This document shows positions 1 to 7,945 of a stretch of 42,003 nt of DNA, in pieces. The stretch spans positions 1-42,003 of the forward strand of contig MFXU01000014.1 in NCBI GenBank assembly GCA_001788965.1. The letters run 5' to 3'. Each line of letters starts with the position of its first letter. The first letter of the stretch is position 1. The translations under genes were made by a program, and so were the position numbers. The notes under the pieces are model-generated. The model saw only the letters and a list, made by a program, of their open reading frames with translations. It was not told the DNA's origin and made no database searches. The DNA is from Candidatus Peribacteria bacterium RIFCSPHIGHO2_02_FULL_51_15. GTDB lineage: Bacteria; Patescibacteriota; Gracilibacteria; Peribacterales; Peribacteraceae.

Positions 1-22
1 AAAAAATAATTTACATGTTCCA

Positions 23-156
23 GGCCGGGCGTTCCCGCCCGGCACAAGCCCAGGCGTTCGCGCCTGGGCTTGAATGGATAACACCCTGGCCGATAAATTC
101 GCGCCTGGGCTTGAATGGATAAAACCCTGGCCGATAAATTCGCGTCTGGGCTTGAA
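23..156. repeat. REP-like hairpins plus 41-bp tandem repeat (about 2.4 copies)
   Basis: Hairpins GCCGGGCG-ttcc-CGCCCGGC and CAAGCCCAGGCG-ttcg-CGCCTGGGCTTG (45-72). The unit TTCGCGCCTGGGCTTGAATGGATAA(C/A)ACCCTGGCCGATAAA occurs at 57-97, 98-138 and partially at 139-156. Confidence 0.85.
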
Positions 157-185
157 ATCGAACAAGCCATGTTCCGGGCACCTAT

Positions 186-509
186 TCACATATCCTCCAC
201 CGCATAAACATCGAAAGCCATTTCCTCGTAAGGATGAACGGCTTTTGCCTTTTCGATCACCTGCTTCAGGATTTTTCGTGGGACGATTGTCTCGATTTTT
301 TCTTCTTCCACCGATGCAATTTTTCCTCTTTTTCCAATCGTCGGGTTTGATTTTTCATTGCCGCGGAAGCGGCCGATGCCGCGCGATGAAAATGAACAAA
401 AGTCATAATTGCCGAGCTTCCCCGCGCCGGCTTCCCCTAGCGCTTTGCGAATGTTATCCGCATGGGTCAGAGGAACATAAATCACCAATTTCACGTTTTG
501 CGTTTCCAT
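186..509 (-). CDS. YqfO/NIF3 middle (PII/CutA-like) domain protein
   Basis: KLVIYVP, GAGKLGNYDFCSF, G.GRF and AVHPYEEMAFD motifs typical of the NIF3/YqfO insertion domain. Confidence 0.85.
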   Translation of the reverse strand: METQNVKLVIYVPLTHADNIRKALGEAGAGKLGNYDFCSFSSRGIGRFRGNEKSNPTIGKRGKIASVEEEKIETIVPRKILKQVIEKAKAVHPYEEMAFDVYAVEDM

Positions 510-538
510 AAAACAGAAGGAGGATAACAGGATTCATT

Positions 539-3244
539 TCACTGTACCTTGCCGTGGCATTTTTTGTATTTCTTTCCCGAGCCACAAGGACAGGGATCGT
601 TGCGCCCCACTTTCGTTCTGTGAGCTTCGGCGGGCAAGCGGTCAGCTGGCGCTTTTTCTTTGAGAACGCTGTCCGGTGCTACTGAATTTTTAAGGTTTAT
701 GCCCATTTGCGTGAGCTGACCTTCGATCTCGGCGGCATTGGTCTGAAGCGAGCCCGGGTCCTCATCGGCCGGCATTGGCGGCGGGGCCAGGAACTGGGCG
801 AAGTCGACCTGAAGCAAAGTCCGGACGGTGGTGGTCGCGATATCCGAGAGAAGTTTCTGGAACATGCGGAATCCCTGGTCCTGGTACTCGATCAGAGGAT
901 CGCGCTGGGCATAGCCGGAGAAGGCCACTTGCTCGCGGAGGTGCGACATTGCGTCGATATGGTCCATCCAATGCGAATCGATGGACTGCAAAACTATTAT
1001 CTGTTCGGCCTTCGAGACAGCCTCTTCGCCGAAGTGGCGGCATTTTTTTTGGTAAAACGACAGCGCCATCTCAGTTACCAGTTCTTTTACTTCTTCCGGT
1101 TCGGCCATGGAATTCAAGTCTTCGGTGGAGATCCCCTGAGCCAGCTGCGGATGTAGCGTTCCCAGGTTTTCGCGGAGTTTGTCGATCTGCCACAACTCAT
1201 GGTCGTTTCCGGAAACGCATTCATCGACGAAATTTCCAGCTTCCCGCCTGAGCATGGATATGACTTCATCCCGGATAGAATGATTCTCCCCGTTTTTACC
1301 ATCATCATTTTCATCTTTTTCCCCGGCGATTTTAATCAGGAGTTTTTGCCGCCGCTTGTACATTATTTCCCGATGCTTGTTCATCACGTCGTCGTACTGG
1401 ACGACGTGTCGGCGGATGTCGAAGTTGCGGCCTTCGACTTTCTTTTGCGCGCTCTCAATCGACCGCGACACCATGCGGTTTTCGAGCGGAACATCCTCTG
1501 GGACTTTCAGCCGCTGCATCATGGACTTCAGCCGGTCGCCGCCGAAAAGGCGCATCAGCTCGTCCTCCATCGAAACGAAAAACCGGCTTTCGCCCGGATC
1601 GCCCTGGCGGCCGGAGCGGCCACGGAGCTGGTTGTCGATCCGGCGGGCTTCGTGTCGTTCGGTGCCGAGTATGCAAAGGCCGCCGAGGTCTTTTACTTGA
1701 GCGCCCAGCTTGATGTCGGTGCCGCGGCCGGCCATGTTGGTGGCTATGGTTATAGCGCCGCGTGCCCCGGCTTTGGCCACTATCTCGGCTTCCTTCTCGT
1801 GGTGCTTGGCGTTCAGCACGGTGTGCGGGATCGTCATCTCGGTAAGAAGCAGGCTCATGGCCTCCGATTTCTCGATCGAGGTGGTTCCGATCAAAACCGG
1901 CTGGCCTTTTTCATATTTTTCTTTGGCGATTTTGGCGACGGCCTTGAATTTGGCGGCGACAGTCGCGTAAACCGCGTCGGGATTGTCCAGACGGATCATC
2001 GGTTTATTCGTGGGGATGACGATTACCGGCAGTTTGTAAATCGAGAGAAATTCTTCCTCTTCGGTTTTGGCCGTGCCGGTCATGCCGGCCAGTTTTTTAA
2101 ACAGCCGGAAATAATTTTGGAAGGTGATCGTTGCGAGAGTTTTGCTTTCGCGCTGGACCGGGACGTTTTCCTTCGCCTCTATGGCCTGATGCAGGCCGTA
2201 ACTGTATCTGCGGCCGGGCATCAGTCGTCCGGTGAACTCGTCGACGATTATCACTTCGCCCTCTTTCACCACGTAATCGACGTCGCGCTGGTACATGGCA
2301 TGCGCCCGGAGCGCTTGTTCGATGTGGTGTACTTCCTCGAACCCTTTGTCGGTGTAGATGTTTTCAATGCCGAGGAGCTCTTCCATTTTTTTGATGCCCT
2401 CCTCGGTCAGCGTCGCAGCTTTTTGTTTTTCGTCTTTTACGAAATGCGTGTGTTCCTGAAGCTGGTTCACATGTTTCGCGTAGAGCTGGTATTTCAAAGT
2501 GGATTCCTCGGCCGGCTGGCTGATGATGAGAGGCGTGCGGGCTTCGTCGATCAAAATCGAATCGACTTCGTCGACTATGGCGTAATCAAGTCCCCGCTGA
2601 ACCTGGCGATCCACGATACCGGACATGTTGTCGCGGAGATAATCAAAACCGAATTCGTTATTTGTTCCGTAGGTCACGTCGGCGCTGTAGGCCAGTTTCC
2701 TTTCCTGATGGTCCAGCCCGTGGACTATGGTTCCGACCGTCAATCCGAGCGTTTTATAAAGGATGCCCATCCATTCGCTGTCACGTTTGGCGAGATAGTC
2801 GTTTACCGTCACTACGTGGACTCCCTTGCCGGCCAGAGCGTTCAGGTAAACCGGCATCGTGCAGACCAGTGTTTTTCCTTCACCGGTTTTCATTTCGGAA
2901 ATCGCGCCGCGGTGCAGGACTATTCCGCCCAAAATCTGGACGTCGAAGGGGACCATATCCCATTTGATTTTTTGGGCGCCTGCTTCAAATTCTTGGCCGT
3001 AGATCAGTTCGCAGCCGCGCACCACGAGCGCGAAGGCTTCGGGCAGCAGGTCATCCACCGTTTCGCCCGAGCGGATCCGTTCCCTGAATTCCGCGGTTTT
3101 TTTCGGCAGATCTTCCAGTGTTAATTTTTTGAAGACGTCTGTCGCCCGGACGGCATTTACCTGTTCGACTTTCGGCCAGAGTTTCTTGAGCTCTTTTTCG
3201 TTGGGATCGCCGAGGATTTTGTTAAGCACTTCAATTATTCCCAT
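539..3244 (-). CDS. secA: Preprotein translocase ATPase SecA
   Basis: [39 protein letters not shown] and a C-terminal SEC-C motif [19 protein letters not shown]. Confidence 0.99.
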   Translation of the reverse strand: MGIIEVLNKILGDPNEKELKKLWPKVEQVNAVRATDVFKKLTLEDLPKKTAEFRERIRSGETVDDLLPEAFALVVRGCELIYGQEFEAGAQKIKWDMVPFDVQILGGIVLHRGAISEMKTGEGKTLVCTMPVYLNALAGKGVHVVTVNDYLAKRDSEWMGILYKTLGLTVGTIVHGLDHQERKLAYSADVTYGTNNEFGFDYLRDNMSGIVDRQVQRGLDYAIVDEVDSILIDEARTPLIISQPAEESTLKYQLYAKHVNQLQEHTHFVKDEKQKAATLTEEGIKKMEELLGIENIYTDKGFEEVHHIEQALRAHAMYQRDVDYVVKEGEVIIVDEFTGRLMPGRRYSYGLHQAIEAKENVPVQRESKTLATITFQNYFRLFKKLAGMTGTAKTEEEEFLSIYKLPVIVIPTNKPMIRLDNPDAVYATVAAKFKAVAKIAKEKYEKGQPVLIGTTSIEKSEAMSLLLTEMTIPHTVLNAKHHEKEAEIVAKAGARGAITIATNMAGRGTDIKLGAQVKDLGGLCILGTERHEARRIDNQLRGRSGRQGDPGESRFFVSMEDELMRLFGGDRLKSMMQRLKVPEDVPLENRMVSRSIESAQKKVEGRNFDIRRHVVQYDDVMNKHREIMYKRRQKLLIKIAGEKDENDDGKNGENHSIRDEVISMLRREAGNFVDECVSGNDHELWQIDKLRENLGTLHPQLAQGISTEDLNSMAEPEEVKELVTEMALSFYQKKCRHFGEEAVSKAEQIIVLQSIDSHWMDHIDAMSHLREQVAFSGYAQRDPLIEYQDQGFRMFQKLLSDIATTTVRTLLQVDFAQFLAPPPMPADEDPGSLQTNAAEIEGQLTQMGINLKNSVAPDSVLKEKAPADRLPAEAHRTKVGRNDPCPCGSGKKYKKCHGKVQ

Positions 3245-3313
3245 GGGCTGCCACGATACCAGAGGAATGAGAACCTTACATCAGCTTCAAGCGGAGAGCT
3301 GCAAGTTTTAAGC

Positions 3314-3460
3314 TCAAATCAAGAGGGCCGATGCCGATTGTTGCGTCCGGATTATTGTGCTACGTACTGCTTCGTCAAGTTTCCGTTCTTGCTCCTCTGG
3401 ACTGAGAGCTTCTGATGAGGAGACAATTTTTGGAATAATCGGGGTTTCAGTAGATTCCAT
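3314..3460 (-). CDS. Possible small hypothetical protein (48 aa, MESTETPIIPKIVSS...)
   Basis: Hand-read ORF filling the tsaB-secA gap on the same strand, with a pyrimidine-rich leader. No recognisable motif. Confidence 0.3.
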   Translation of the reverse strand: MESTETPIIPKIVSSSEALSPEEQERKLDEAVRSTIIRTQQSASALLI

Positions 3461-3520
3461 GCTGGTAAGGGGGAAGCGGAAGAATAGTAAGCTTTTGTTT
3501 TAAAATTATCTACCTTCAAA

Positions 3521-4174
3521 TCATCCGCCTCTGCCGTACCAGGGAGCAAGCGTTTTTTTCTGCCAGATACAATTTTTCAAGAGCGAAGGGAGAATATCGA
3601 CGACAGGAAGGAGGGGTTTCAGGGGCTTGAATGTTTTCAATATTTTTTTGTGTTCTTCGATCAACTCTCCGAGATAGCAATTCGCAATCAGCTTTTGGCT
3701 TTTGGCGACAATTTCATCAATCGAAATCAATGTGGGATCCGGCCATTCTTTTGAAAGTTCTCCAAATCCGCGGATGAAGAGGAGGTTTTTTTTGGTGGAA
3801 TGAAGCCATAAATAGCTATTAGCTATTAGCTTTTGGCTATTAGCCAATTGCCAATTACCAATTGCCGCTTCGGTTCTATAAAACCACAGATCACTCGAGT
3901 GGACCCCGGCGATTGGAATTTTCAAAGCCCAGCTCAGTGCGTTGGCCAGACTTATCCCGACTCTGAGGCTCATGAATCCTCCGGGGCCGGTGACGGCTAA
4001 AATATGCGTAAGGTCATCAAATCTCATTTTCTGCTTTTCCAAAAGGACTTTTAAAATCTCCACCAAGCGTTCTTCCGTATGGTCGTCCACTGCTGTTTGC
4101 GCTACGGTGCGTTCTTCACTTACGAGCGCGAATTTTTTTTCGGAGCCGGCCAGGTCGATAAATAAAACTTTCAT
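3521..4174 (-). CDS. tsaB: tRNA threonylcarbamoyladenosine biosynthesis protein TsaB (YeaZ)
   Basis: MKVLFID, VTGPGGFMSLRVGISLANAL and a C-terminal P.Y.R. Carries two in-frame heptamer tracts. Confidence 0.92.
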   Translation of the reverse strand: MKVLFIDLAGSEKKFALVSEERTVAQTAVDDHTEERLVEILKVLLEKQKMRFDDLTHILAVTGPGGFMSLRVGISLANALSWALKIPIAGVHSSDLWFYRTEAAIGNWQLANSQKLIANSYLWLHSTKKNLLFIRGFGELSKEWPDPTLISIDEIVAKSQKLIANCYLGELIEEHKKILKTFKPLKPLLPVVDILPSLLKNCIWQKKTLAPWYGRGG

Positions 4175-4175
4175 G

Positions 4176-4266
4176 AATTGCTAAATGGCTAAATTGTTAA
4201 ATTGTTAGCAAGCAATAACATGCCGACTCACTTGTGAACAATTCAACAATTTAACAATATAACAAT
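4176..4266. repeat. Octamer-armed inverted element (AATTGYTA)n...(TAACAATT)n, copy A
   Basis: Left arm AATTGCTA AATGGCTA AATTGTTA AATTGTTA, core CACTTGTGAACAATT, right arm of inverted octamers. Confidence 0.8.
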
Positions 4267-4280
4267 CTATCGCAATTCCA

Positions 4281-5228
4281 ATGCCGAATCCAAAGCTTTC
4301 AGTAGTGATTCCCACCTATAAACGCGCGGAAACTCTCAAGCAGTGCCTGGAGCATCTTTCAAAACAAACCGTCGCCAAAGAGATGGAGGTGATTGTCGTG
4401 AGCGATGGACATGATGAAAAGACGGCGGTACTTCTGGATAAGTATCGAGTATCAGGTATCGAGTATCAGGTATCGGGGGAAAGTGAATGGCCTTTTCAGA
4501 TAAGATTTTTTGAAATAGAAAAAACTCAGCAGGGGAAGGCCAGGAACGAAGGAGTGAAAATCGCCGAAGGAGACATTGTTTTATTCATCGGCGATGATAT
4601 TTTTCTGGCGCCCGATGCCTGTGAGCGGCATTTGAAAGCCCACGAGAAAAGCTATGAGCTACTTGCTATGAGCGATGAGAAAAAAGAAAGGCTCAAAGCT
4701 CAAAGCTCAAAGCTCAAAGCTGTACTGGGGTACACCACCTGGGACCCTGCCGTCGGCATCACGCCGGTGATGAAGTGGCTGGAGACCTCCGGATGGCAGT
4801 TTGGTTACCTCATGATCGAGCCTTATAAAAATTCATTCGTCCCTGCCGGTTTGCAGCACAAATTCACATATACGAGCAATATCAGTCTGCCACTCGAGAT
4901 CGCTAAAAACTTCCCGTTTCGCACGGATGTTCACCTCTATGGCTGGGAGGACATCGAGTGGGGATTGCGTTTAAAAGACGCCAGTGTACGGCTGTTTTAT
5001 GAACCGGAAGCCAAAGCGTTGCACCATCACCGGATGACGCTTGAAGATTCGCTTAAGCGGATGGAAACCTTGGGTCAGTCGGTTAAAGAAATCGAAAAAA
5101 TTGTTCCCGGATTTGACCGTAGACCTCGGGGCATCAAATTATTTCTTTATAGGATTGCAGCGCTGATGCCGACGATGGCGGGGAGGCATAGAAAGGGATT
5201 TTTGAAGGGACTTGACAGTAAAATATAA
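4281..5228 (+). CDS. Glycosyltransferase family 2
   Basis: LSVVIPTYKR, VVSDG, GKARNEG, LFIGDD and YGWEDIEWGLRL motifs. Confidence 0.93.
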   Translation: MPNPKLSVVIPTYKRAETLKQCLEHLSKQTVAKEMEVIVVSDGHDEKTAVLLDKYRVSGIEYQVSGESEWPFQIRFFEIEKTQQGKARNEGVKIAEGDIVLFIGDDIFLAPDACERHLKAHEKSYELLAMSDEKKERLKAQSSKLKAVLGYTTWDPAVGITPVMKWLETSGWQFGYLMIEPYKNSFVPAGLQHKFTYTSNISLPLEIAKNFPFRTDVHLYGWEDIEWGLRLKDASVRLFYEPEAKALHHHRMTLEDSLKRMETLGQSVKEIEKIVPGFDRRPRGIKLFLYRIAALMPTMAGRHRKGFLKGLDSKI

Positions 5229-5285
5229 TAGTGAGAAAATTCTTTTCCTTTCTCAATATTTCATTTACAATCCCCAATTTTTTTT

Positions 5286-5816
5286 ATGTTAACAAAAGAG
5301 CATTTGGAAGATAGGGTTTTATCTCGTGCACAAGATGTGTGTAATACCACTTCGCGTTTAAAACGTTCTTAATCAGACGCGCTGGCGGTATGGAGTTCTT
5401 GGCTTGAGTAAACGCTACGCGGTACGAGATGATGCCGTTACGAATGACCGATTAGTTATGTTTTAAATGCAAAATGGTATAAGCTGGTCGATTACGGGAA
5501 CTTTGATAAAGCGGCAGAGTGCCGGTCTAGACTTAGCAATGAGGATAAGGTCATTTTTTTAAAAATCGCTCCAAATCCTTCTCCCCAGCAAGAAGCAGCC
5601 GAAGCTGGAGTTCAAATGCATCCAGATGGTGCCGAATTTGTAAAAGCCAGAAGGTCGGCTTATAAATTGCTTCGTACTGCTACGGCTGAAGAACTCGTAG
5701 AGGCATTTCGGGCTCTGGGAACTCTGCAAGAAGCCTTGAGCTTGATTGAAGCAGGTCGAAAAGAGACTGGAAAAAGAACCGAGGCGGTGATTCCGGGCGT
5801 CGGAGAAACGGCTTAA
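5286..5816 (+). pseudogene. Hypothetical ~131-aa ORF interrupted by MITE family A
   Basis: ATG 5286 (MLTKEHLEDRVLSRAQDVCN) and 5481-5816 (KLVDYGNF...GETA*) are in the same frame. The only in-frame stops lie inside the inserted repeat. Confidence 0.65.
5344..5480. mobile_element. MITE-like element family A (137 bp), copy 1
   Basis: Identical to 33175-33311. 21-bp imperfect TIRs ATACCACTTCGCGTTTAAAAC / GTTTTAAATGCAAAATGGTAT (3 mismatches). Confidence 0.88.
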
Positions 5817-5892
5817 AAGCTGATTTTTGTCGCCTTTTTCTTGTCTCAGACAGCATTCAAGGGTACGCTCAAGATACTTTCCAATGTTCACT

Positions 5893-6135
5893 ATGCCAAA
5901 AGATATTTCCATCAAAGAGCTGAGAGAGAATCTTTCGGAGATTGCCGATCGCGTTGAAAAAGGGGAATCATATCGCGTTATACGCCGTTCAAAGCCGTCG
6001 TTCTACATTCTGAAGATCGATGCGGAAGCTCCAGAGGAGGGCTGGGAAACCGTGGTGGATTTCACCGACGGCGGAAAAAAAACAGGCATGCCGGTGGAGG
6101 ATGTTATGAAAATTGTTAACAAAATACGGCGATAG
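5893..6135 (+). CDS. Type II antitoxin, Phd/YefM family
   Basis: ISIKELRENLSEIADRVEKGESYRVIRRSKP is a Phd-type N-terminus, 2 nt before a RelE-like gene. Alternative ATG at 5884. Confidence 0.85.
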   Translation: MPKDISIKELRENLSEIADRVEKGESYRVIRRSKPSFYILKIDAEAPEEGWETVVDFTDGGKKTGMPVEDVMKIVNKIRR

Positions 6136-6137
6136 AC

Positions 6138-6380
6138 ATGGGGAAAATCGAAAAGCAGCTTCGCAAAATTCCGGAGAAGTACCGCGAGCGCGTCTTTTCG
6201 GCGATCGGACAACTCATGGCGCGGGATTTCTCCGCGCTCGACCGGAAGCAGCTTAAAAGATTCGAGAATATTTTCCGCATACGTATCGGAAATTACCGCA
6301 TTATTTACCACGACGATGGGGACAAAATCATTTTAAAGGCGATCCGCAGAAGAAATGAGGCCACTTACAATGATTTCTGA
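6138..6380 (+). CDS. Type II toxin, RelE/ParE superfamily
   Basis: KQLKRFENIFRIRIGNYRIIY...IRRRNEATY, the RelE/StbE signature. Confidence 0.88.
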   Translation: MGKIEKQLRKIPEKYRERVFSAIGQLMARDFSALDRKQLKRFENIFRIRIGNYRIIYHDDGDKIILKAIRRRNEATYNDF

Positions 6381-6607
6381 ATAAATTGAAGTATGCCGCG
6401 ATCCTTCACCCATTCCAAACGACGGTACGATCGTGCACCTTATAAATTCATTCAATCAATAAGCAAATTTCCTTGTTTAAAGATTCGGACGCGGTAACAT
6501 ATGTTCAGTTGAGATTGTATTTCGCACTATCCTGAGTATCGGGATGGTGATTTCCACGTAAAGCCGGCTTCGCCGGCCACGTGGCACAGCCCTTTCCCCA
6601 TCTATAT

Positions 6608-7843
6608 ATGCGTGCCTCATTCATTGCCGCAATAAATCAGCTCTGTTCCGAACGGAATGTTAAGCCAGACGACGTGCTGGAAGCCGTACGCCAGGCCATC
6701 GCCACCGCGTACCGCAAAGACTTCGGAAACAAGGAACAGGAAATCAGGGTCGTGCTTCGCGAGGATCAGGACATGCCCACGGTGCTTCTGATCAAGGAGG
6801 TCGTGGATGACGTGCTTAACGAAAACTTCGAGATCAGCGTGAAAGATGCGAAGCGGGTGAAGCCCGATGCCGAGATCGGCGATGAGATCGAGATCGATGT
6901 CACTCCGGTCGGTTATGGCCGCATCGCGGCTCAGGCGGCCAAGCAGGTGATAATACAGAAACTGCAGGAATCGGAGAAGAAGAGCCTCTTCGAGATGTTC
7001 AAAGACCGGGAAAATGAATTGCTGACGGCCAACGTGACCAAGGTGGAACCGAACTGGGTTACTTTGGAAGTCGAAGGCATGACGGTATCGCTGCCGTGGA
7101 AAGAGCAGATACCGGGCGAACACTATTACACCGGCAAGCGCTTGCGAGTTTACTTGGATAAAGTCGAGCTCACCGGCAAAGGTCCGCAGCTCAGGATCTC
7201 CCGGACGCATTCCAATCTGGTAAAGAAACTGCTGGAACTCGAGATCCCCGAAATCCGGAACGGCGACGTCCAGATCATGGCTATTGCCCGGGATGCAGGG
7301 ATGCGTTCCAAGGTCGCGGTGAAGAGCAATGATCCGCGGATCGACCCCATCGGCGCCTGCGTCGGACAAAAAGGCGTGCGCATCCAGGCGGTAATGGAGG
7401 AGATAAACGGCGAAAGAGTCGACATGATCGAGTGGTCGGACGATCCGATCAAATTGATTTCGACGGCTCTGCAACCGGCTTCGATCTCGGCGGTGATAAT
7501 CGTAAACGCGGAATCCCATGCCGACGAGGACGGCCGGCTGGTCAAGAAACGCGCGGCGGTTTTCGTCGAGGAAGCCCAGCGGCCGATGGCCATCGGAAAG
7601 AAAGGCCAGAACATCCGGCTTGCCACCCAGCTGACCGGGTTCGAGCTGGATATGTACAACTATGAGGAATTGCCGGCGTTCAAGGCGAAGCTGGCCGAGC
7701 TTCGGGGCGAAGAAGTGGCGGTGGCGGTTTTGAATGCGCCGGCAGAGGAAGAAGGGCAAGAGGGCAAAAAGGCAAAAGGGGAAGAGGAAGAGCAGCCCAC
7801 TATCGAAGAAGCGTCAGGTGAAGAGAAGAAGGAGGCAGCTTGA
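6608..7843 (+). CDS. nusA: Transcription termination/antitermination factor NusA
   Basis: YGRIAAQAAKQVIIQKL, S1 domain, ARDAGMRSKVAV, DPIGACVGQKGVRI and AIGKKGQNIRLA. ATG 6608 preferred to GTG 6581. Confidence 0.98.
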   Translation: MRASFIAAINQLCSERNVKPDDVLEAVRQAIATAYRKDFGNKEQEIRVVLREDQDMPTVLLIKEVVDDVLNENFEISVKDAKRVKPDAEIGDEIEIDVTPVGYGRIAAQAAKQVIIQKLQESEKKSLFEMFKDRENELLTANVTKVEPNWVTLEVEGMTVSLPWKEQIPGEHYYTGKRLRVYLDKVELTGKGPQLRISRTHSNLVKKLLELEIPEIRNGDVQIMAIARDAGMRSKVAVKSNDPRIDPIGACVGQKGVRIQAVMEEINGERVDMIEWSDDPIKLISTALQPASISAVIIVNAESHADEDGRLVKKRAAVFVEEAQRPMAIGKKGQNIRLATQLTGFELDMYNYEELPAFKAKLAELRGEEVAVAVLNAPAEEEGQEGKKAKGEEEEQPTIEEASGEEKKEAA

Positions 7844-7857
7844 AAATTTAAATTTGC

Positions 7858-7886
7858 GTAGAGACGCCCCATTGGGGCGTCTCTAC
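7858..7886. repeat. GTAG-type REP palindrome
   Basis: GTAGAGACGCCCC-att-GGGGCGTCTCTAC; near-identical copy at 40784-40813. Confidence 0.85.
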
Positions 7887-7945
7887 AAACGTTTTGCGGG
7901 TCTACTGACCCGCGGCTGTTTTCATTTCAAGCTACAATCACCCCG

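Noticed and set aside
57..156. 41-bp repeats as a CRISPR array
   Set aside because: Units are contiguous with no unique spacers, and there are no cas genes in the window.
1199..3124. 641-aa plus-strand ORF and similar long antisense ORFs (6617-7759, 39000-40103, 36076-37227)
   Set aside because: Antisense shadows of secA, nusA, the ABC gene and the surface protein, caused by GC3 codon bias; no motifs.
5344..5480. MITE A as a structured ncRNA, riboswitch or self-splicing intron
   Set aside because: No recognisable riboswitch or intron motif; identical dispersed copies with TIRs fit a DNA element better. An Rfam scan would be the decisive check.
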